Below are positions 59,519 through 64,000 of a stretch of 64,000 bases of DNA, in pieces. The notes below the pieces were generated by a model. That model was not told the origin of the DNA and did no database searches. It worked only from the letters and a program-made list of their open reading frames with translations. Both the position numbers and the translations under genes were made by a program. The DNA is from a virus, in the IMG/VR virus record IMGVR_UViG_3300032242_002802, positions 4,075 through 68,074 of that record, one strand, 5' to 3'. The stretch's first letter is position 1. Each line of letters starts with the position of its first letter.

Positions 59519-60895
59519 ATGGAAAAATATAGTGATAAGTTTTTAAATCAATCAGGTAAACTTAAAAATGCCGTAGTGGGGATGGAATTTGAGATGTACA
59601 TGAAGGATTTATCATTTTATAAAACATTGGAATTATTGAATCAGGAATTGGCACCTGTTAAAGTTCATGGTTTTAGAGAATATCACTCAGACTTTACACC
59701 AGATGAAAGTAACTTCAAGATTGAACCTGACTTATCAGGAGGTTCAAATATGATTGAGTTAGTAACAGGACCAATGGACTATTATGATGCAAAGTTTTAT
59801 TTAATTAAAATAATAAAATTTATACAAACTTATGGTTATACAAATGAAAAGTGTTCAATTCACTTTAATTTATCATTTAATGGTGATAAAAACTTAAATG
59901 ACTTAAACATATTAAAACTTATCTTAAATACTGATGAAGAAGAAATATACAGATACTATCCATCAAGAAAGGATAATGTTTATGCAAAAACAATTAAAAA
60001 GATAATACCATTTAGAGAGTATGACTTTTTTAATATCCCTATTTCAGTTGTTAAGAATAATTTGAGACTTCCAAATGATAAGTATTATGGAATAAACTTC
60101 TTAAATATTAACAATGATAAAGAAACTCAAAGATTAGAGTTTAGATATATTGGTGGTAAAGACTTTGAGAAAAACTTAGGTCAGTTAATTTACTTTATGG
60201 AAAGATTCATTATAAATACTTATGAGTCAATTGATGCTTTATTTACATCAGAAGATACAACAAAACTTGAAGAGTTTTTAGAAGATAACATTGGTAACTT
60301 TAAAAATTTATCTAAGTATGATAACTTTATTGTTGACTTTCCAACTATTCAATTACAAATAAATCAAGATAATAATTATGATATTGTAAATACTTATTAT
60401 GAAAAGATATATGATAGGATTTTTACTTTAGTTGAATCTACTCAAGACTTAAAAGAGTGTATAATAAATTATGTAATTGATAGACAAACTATTGAAATAG
60501 TAGATGCTGTATTCAAAACATCTGCAACAATTAAAAACTATGACCTAATAAATTGTCAAGTTGAAGGAATATTTGAAGATTGTTTCTTTATAGGTTCAGA
60601 AATAAGAAACTCACAAGTTTCTAAAAGTAAACTACAACACTCTGATGTAGATAATTCAAAGATATTGAATTGTAAAGTTGAACAAAGTGAATTAAGAAAT
60701 TGTTACTTTATGAATGGTTATCTTAATGGTGATATGTATGCTGGTGTATTCCGTTCTGGAGACCTTGGACCTTATGCAACAATGGATTCAGAGGTTAAAA
60801 TTGTTAAGGATAATGACAACTTCTTTGATACAACATTTGATGAGGATGATAAAGGTGGTGATAAAGAAGCAGTAAAAGGTTATGGTAAGAAATAA
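59519..60895 (+). CDS. Putative amidoligase (COOH-NH2 ligase fold) with C-terminal beta-helix-like repeats
   Basis: GMEFEM, IEPDLS, IELVT, CSIHFN, KYYGINF, RLEFR. Confidence 0.7.
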   Translation: MEKYSDKFLNQSGKLKNAVVGMEFEMYMKDLSFYKTLELLNQELAPVKVHGFREYHSDFTPDESNFKIEPDLSGGSNMIELVTGPMDYYDAKFYLIKIIKFIQTYGYTNEKCSIHFNLSFNGDKNLNDLNILKLILNTDEEEIYRYYPSRKDNVYAKTIKKIIPFREYDFFNIPISVVKNNLRLPNDKYYGINFLNINNDKETQRLEFRYIGGKDFEKNLGQLIYFMERFIINTYESIDALFTSEDTTKLEEFLEDNIGNFKNLSKYDNFIVDFPTIQLQINQDNNYDIVNTYYEKIYDRIFTLVESTQDLKECIINYVIDRQTIEIVDAVFKTSATIKNYDLINCQVEGIFEDCFFIGSEIRNSQVSKSKLQHSDVDNSKILNCKVEQSELRNCYFMNGYLNGDMYAGVFRSGDLGPYATMDSEVKIVKDNDNFFDTTFDEDDKGGDKEAVKGYGKK

Positions 60896-60928
60896 TAAAA
60901 AGTTATAAAATAATTTAATATATAGTAT

Positions 60929-62563
60929 ATGAGAAAAATAGAAAAATTCAATAACTTTAATTTAATTAAAGAGGAAGCTTCACCAAGACTTCCTAAATCA
61001 GAAGAATACTGGTTGAAAAGAGGAAAAGAAGGTAAGAAGGTAGCAATGTACACTCACGATGATATGGATGGAATTACTAGTGCAATTGAAGTAAAAAAAT
61101 ACCTACTTAATGCAGGTTTTACTATTGTTAAATATGGTATTTTAAATTATTCAGAAGGTTGGAAATATACAACTTTAGATCCTAAATTGATTAATGTTGT
61201 ATTGGATTTTGCTAATATGCCAGGTGATGAAAGAGATGATATGATTGATTATTACTTAGACCACCATGGTATTTTTACTCCAGAAGAATTAGAAAGATAT
61301 AAATCATCTCCAGTACAGAAAAAGAAAACAGGTTCAGCATATGAAGCTATTTGTCAGTCTTTAGGAGTTCCACAAGATTCATTAACATTAGATGTTATTG
61401 ATATGATTGATTCTGCTAAATATCAAGATTATAAAGTAGATTGGCAAAGACTATTAGACTTTAATTTATCTGATATTAAAAAGTCTGAAAATATAAGATT
61501 AGAGTTTGGTGCAGCATTTAATCAGTTCTTAAAGAGATCTGATTCTAAAACAATAATTTCAGTTATTGAGAATTGTCCAGATGCATCTATTTATTCTATT
61601 TTTAATGTAATGAAAAAAGTTTATCCAGAACATAATCAAGTTATGTCAGGTTACAAAAGAGGACAAAAGAAAGATTTCATTGAAGATTCTAAATGGAGAT
61701 TAGGTGAAATGCAAAAAAGAACAAGAGGATTAAATCCTGATAATAAAAAGACTTTCACATCTCAAGGAGAGTTTATACAAACATTTAAAAGAGGTAATCT
61801 TATAAGAGTTGATGGTTATCAAAAAATTGGTGATTTAGTTTTTGTACCAACAGGAACTTGGGCCAATGCTTTAAGAGCAAGAACTATTGTTGAGAGAGAC
61901 TTTATGGATGGTAAAATTGATTCAGAACCTAAATTTATCTTATTACAATATGGAGGAACATTACAAGTATGTTCTTACAAAAAAATGGAAGAGATGGAAG
62001 GTGAATTACCTGTATTGAAAAATGGTCAAGAAGTTAATGATTTAGGAAAATATATGACAGAATTATTACAAAACTTCCAAAAACACTTAGGTTATCATAA
62101 TCCAGATACTTCAATAGGTCAAGATGAGATTACTGTATCAGGTGGACATGGTGGTATTGGTTCTATCTCAAATGTATTTGGTGAGTGTACTATTGAACCT
62201 TATGTAGGACAAAGATATGTAGATATGTTTAAAAATAAAATTATAACAGATTTATCTGGAGTACCTTTTAACTTAAACTTAAAATGGAGTGAACCAGTAG
62301 AATTCAATGCAAAAGAACCGGAAATGAATAATAAAGTTATAGGTTCAGAAGATGTTACTAAATTAGATAAACAAGGTAATATCATTCAAAAAGAAAACTA
62401 TGAATATAATTTGATTGATAAGTCAGGAAATACTAAAGTTGTAACAAAAGAAGATTTTGTTAAAGCAGGTGTTGATAAAGCAATGAAACCTAATACAATG
62501 ACTATAGATAATAAAAACAAAAAAGTTATTGCTAAGTTTGAAAAATTTAACCACAAAAAATAA
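60929..62563 (+). CDS. DHH-family phosphoesterase, CTS-like N-terminus
   Basis: HDDMDG, VLDF, LDHH, SGGHGG; MRKIEKFNNF. Confidence 0.75.
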   Translation: MRKIEKFNNFNLIKEEASPRLPKSEEYWLKRGKEGKKVAMYTHDDMDGITSAIEVKKYLLNAGFTIVKYGILNYSEGWKYTTLDPKLINVVLDFANMPGDERDDMIDYYLDHHGIFTPEELERYKSSPVQKKKTGSAYEAICQSLGVPQDSLTLDVIDMIDSAKYQDYKVDWQRLLDFNLSDIKKSENIRLEFGAAFNQFLKRSDSKTIISVIENCPDASIYSIFNVMKKVYPEHNQVMSGYKRGQKKDFIEDSKWRLGEMQKRTRGLNPDNKKTFTSQGEFIQTFKRGNLIRVDGYQKIGDLVFVPTGTWANALRARTIVERDFMDGKIDSEPKFILLQYGGTLQVCSYKKMEEMEGELPVLKNGQEVNDLGKYMTELLQNFQKHLGYHNPDTSIGQDEITVSGGHGGIGSISNVFGECTIEPYVGQRYVDMFKNKIITDLSGVPFNLNLKWSEPVEFNAKEPEMNNKVIGSEDVTKLDKQGNIIQKENYEYNLIDKSGNTKVVTKEDFVKAGVDKAMKPNTMTIDNKNKKVIAKFEKFNHKK

Positions 62564-62571
62564 GAAATATT

Positions 62572-63048
62572 ATGAAATACTTAAAAATATATGAAAACTT
62601 TATGGATTCTAGAAATTCTGGAATTGCTGCAGATTTAGAAGCAGGTGAAATGGAAAATGACCAAATATATGCAGATATGGATGCAGATAATTTTGGTACA
62701 GAAGAATCTCAATTTGGTGCAGAAGAAATTTTAACTAAATGGGAAGAAGCATTTGGTGATAAAACACCAACTAAACAAGAAAAATTTGACTTTTATGCTG
62801 ATTTAAGAGAAGAAGGATTTGATGGAATATTAATCTTTGATACTCTTGGAGATAAAATGAATGATGATGATGAAGTTTGTGAAGGATGTAATTGTTCTCC
62901 TTGTGAATGTGATACTCAAAATGAAAGTAATCAAGAAGAAGAAGAAGAGTGTATGGATTGTAAATGTTCTCCTTGTAAATGTAATGAAGATGAGGAAGAA
63001 GAGTGTATGGATTGTAAATGTTCTCCTTGTAAATGTAATGATTGGTAA
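62572..63048 (+). CDS. Acidic protein with metallothionein-like Cys repeats, CTS-like N-terminus
   Basis: MKYLKIYENF; CxxCxCSPCxC three times. Confidence 0.75.
   Translation: MKYLKIYENFMDSRNSGIAADLEAGEMENDQIYADMDADNFGTEESQFGAEEILTKWEEAFGDKTPTKQEKFDFYADLREEGFDGILIFDTLGDKMNDDDEVCEGCNCSPCECDTQNESNQEEEEECMDCKCSPCKCNEDEEEECMDCKCSPCKCNDW
62941..63041 (+). repeat. 47-bp direct repeat (54-bp period) encoding EEECMDCKCSPCKCN
   Basis: 62941-62987 identical to 62995-63041. Confidence 0.9.
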
Positions 63049-63140
63049 ATAATTGTAATAATTTATAAACAAACATTGGAAAAAATACATAATTATTAAT
63101 TATGTATTTTTTTTATTTTTATTTTAAAATATATATAAGT

Positions 63141-64000
63141 ATGAAAATATATTTTAAATATGTAATAATATTCTTACTTTTTATAAGTAATGTTTTATTT
63201 GCACAAACTCCACTTCCAATTTATTCACCAAACTTTAGTTCAGCTGGAGGGTGGCAAATTAATGGTAATGCAGCAGTTATTAGTAGTTCATATCTAAGAT
63301 TAACTCCTAATGCAGGTAATCAAGCTGGTTCTGCTTTCTGGAAACAGAAAATTTCTCTTCCTGATAACATGTCATTTTCTACATATTTCACGTCAAAGAT
63401 GATACCTGGTTCAAGAGCAGATGGTATGACATTTTGTATTCAACAAGCTAGTAATACTGCAGGTTCTGCAGGTGGTGGTTTAGGTTATCAAAATATGCCT
63501 GGAAAATCTATAGCAGTTGAGTATGATACTTATAATAATGGTGAGTTAAATAACAATCACATTGCATTAGATATAAATGGTGTTTTACATGGTTCTACTA
63601 ATGTTGTGGCATCTCCAGTTGATTTGGCAGATGGTGCTATGAAATACAATTGGATAGAGTACAATGGTGTAACTCAAATTTTAGAAGTACGTATATCAAA
63701 TACAAATGTTAGACCAACAGCAGCCACATTATCAGTTTCAATCAATCTTGCTTCTAATTTTGCAGGAATTTCTGACTTTTATTTTGGATATACTGCAGCA
63801 ACTGGTGGTGCAACAGAAGAACATGATGTTTATAGTGCCTTAGTTGCTCCTAATTCTACACCATTATCAAGTACAGGAAGTTATTCTCAAGGTGTTGCCT
63901 CAATTGTTTTAACATCATCTAATGCAATTTCTTGTACTGCCTTAACATCTACTATAACAGTTACAACAAAAGATGTTAATGGTGTTGGAATGCCTACTAA
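63141..64000 (+). CDS. Secreted L-type (legume) lectin-domain protein, 3'-truncated (not in the ORF track)
   Basis: Signal peptide MKIYFKYVIIFLLFISNVLFA-Q; WQINGNA, LRLTP..GNQAGSAF, ADGMTF, GGGLGY, IAVEYDTY, YFGYTAATGG; frame appears open to the window end. Confidence 0.85.
   Translation, partial: MKIYFKYVIIFLLFISNVLFAQTPLPIYSPNFSSAGGWQINGNAAVISSSYLRLTPNAGNQAGSAFWKQKISLPDNMSFSTYFTSKMIPGSRADGMTFCIQQASNTAGSAGGGLGYQNMPGKSIAVEYDTYNNGELNNNHIALDINGVLHGSTNVVASPVDLADGAMKYNWIEYNGVTQILEVRISNTNVRPTAATLSVSINLASNFAGISDFYFGYTAATGGATEEHDVYSALVAPNSTPLSSTGSYSQGVASIVLTSSNAISCTALTSTITVTTKDVNGVGMPT

Noticed and set aside
1-64000. Alternative genetic code (TAG or TGA reassignment as in Lak or crAss phages)
   Set aside because: Conserved genes are full-length in code 11 and coding density is high; only PolB is interrupted, by TAA plus a frameshift
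1-64000. Apparent scarcity of CG dinucleotides as restriction avoidance
   Set aside because: Impression only; needs observed/expected counts corrected for low GC and codon usage, which I cannot compute here

Overview
Part of a very AT-rich, T4-like (myovirus-type) jumbo/huge phage genome, read in the standard genetic code. The host is probably Bacteroidota (Flavobacterium-like), inferred from TAnnTTTG promoters, a Bacteroidota-type lipoprotein, an outer-membrane beta-barrel, a host-like M42 peptidase and a tmRNA tag starting with Gly. The window holds the head module (portal, a prohead protease fused to a scaffold, major capsid protein), replication genes (split PolB C-terminal subunit, primase, UvsW, UvsY, possible clamp), a baseplate/tail-hydrolase cluster, two DNA methyltransferases, NADAR, two homing-endonuclease-like genes, and translation/proteostasis genes (tmRNA, RNase R, NFACT-R, IF3, ClpP). 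Main leads: (1) a 40-nt hairpin inserted inside PolB motif B (30171-30210) whose precise removal restores KLVLNGSYGAF; (2) about 20 unrelated proteins, many of them enzymes, sharing an N-terminal tag resembling the T4 capsid-targeting sequence, mostly behind a TTAATATATA promoter; (3) a second shared peptide tag, R-[DEN]-x-K-[IL]-x-x-[IL]-[LIF], on about 10 other proteins, including a truncated capsid paralog; (4) three separable promoter classes. All assignments come from reading motifs by eye, with no database search.
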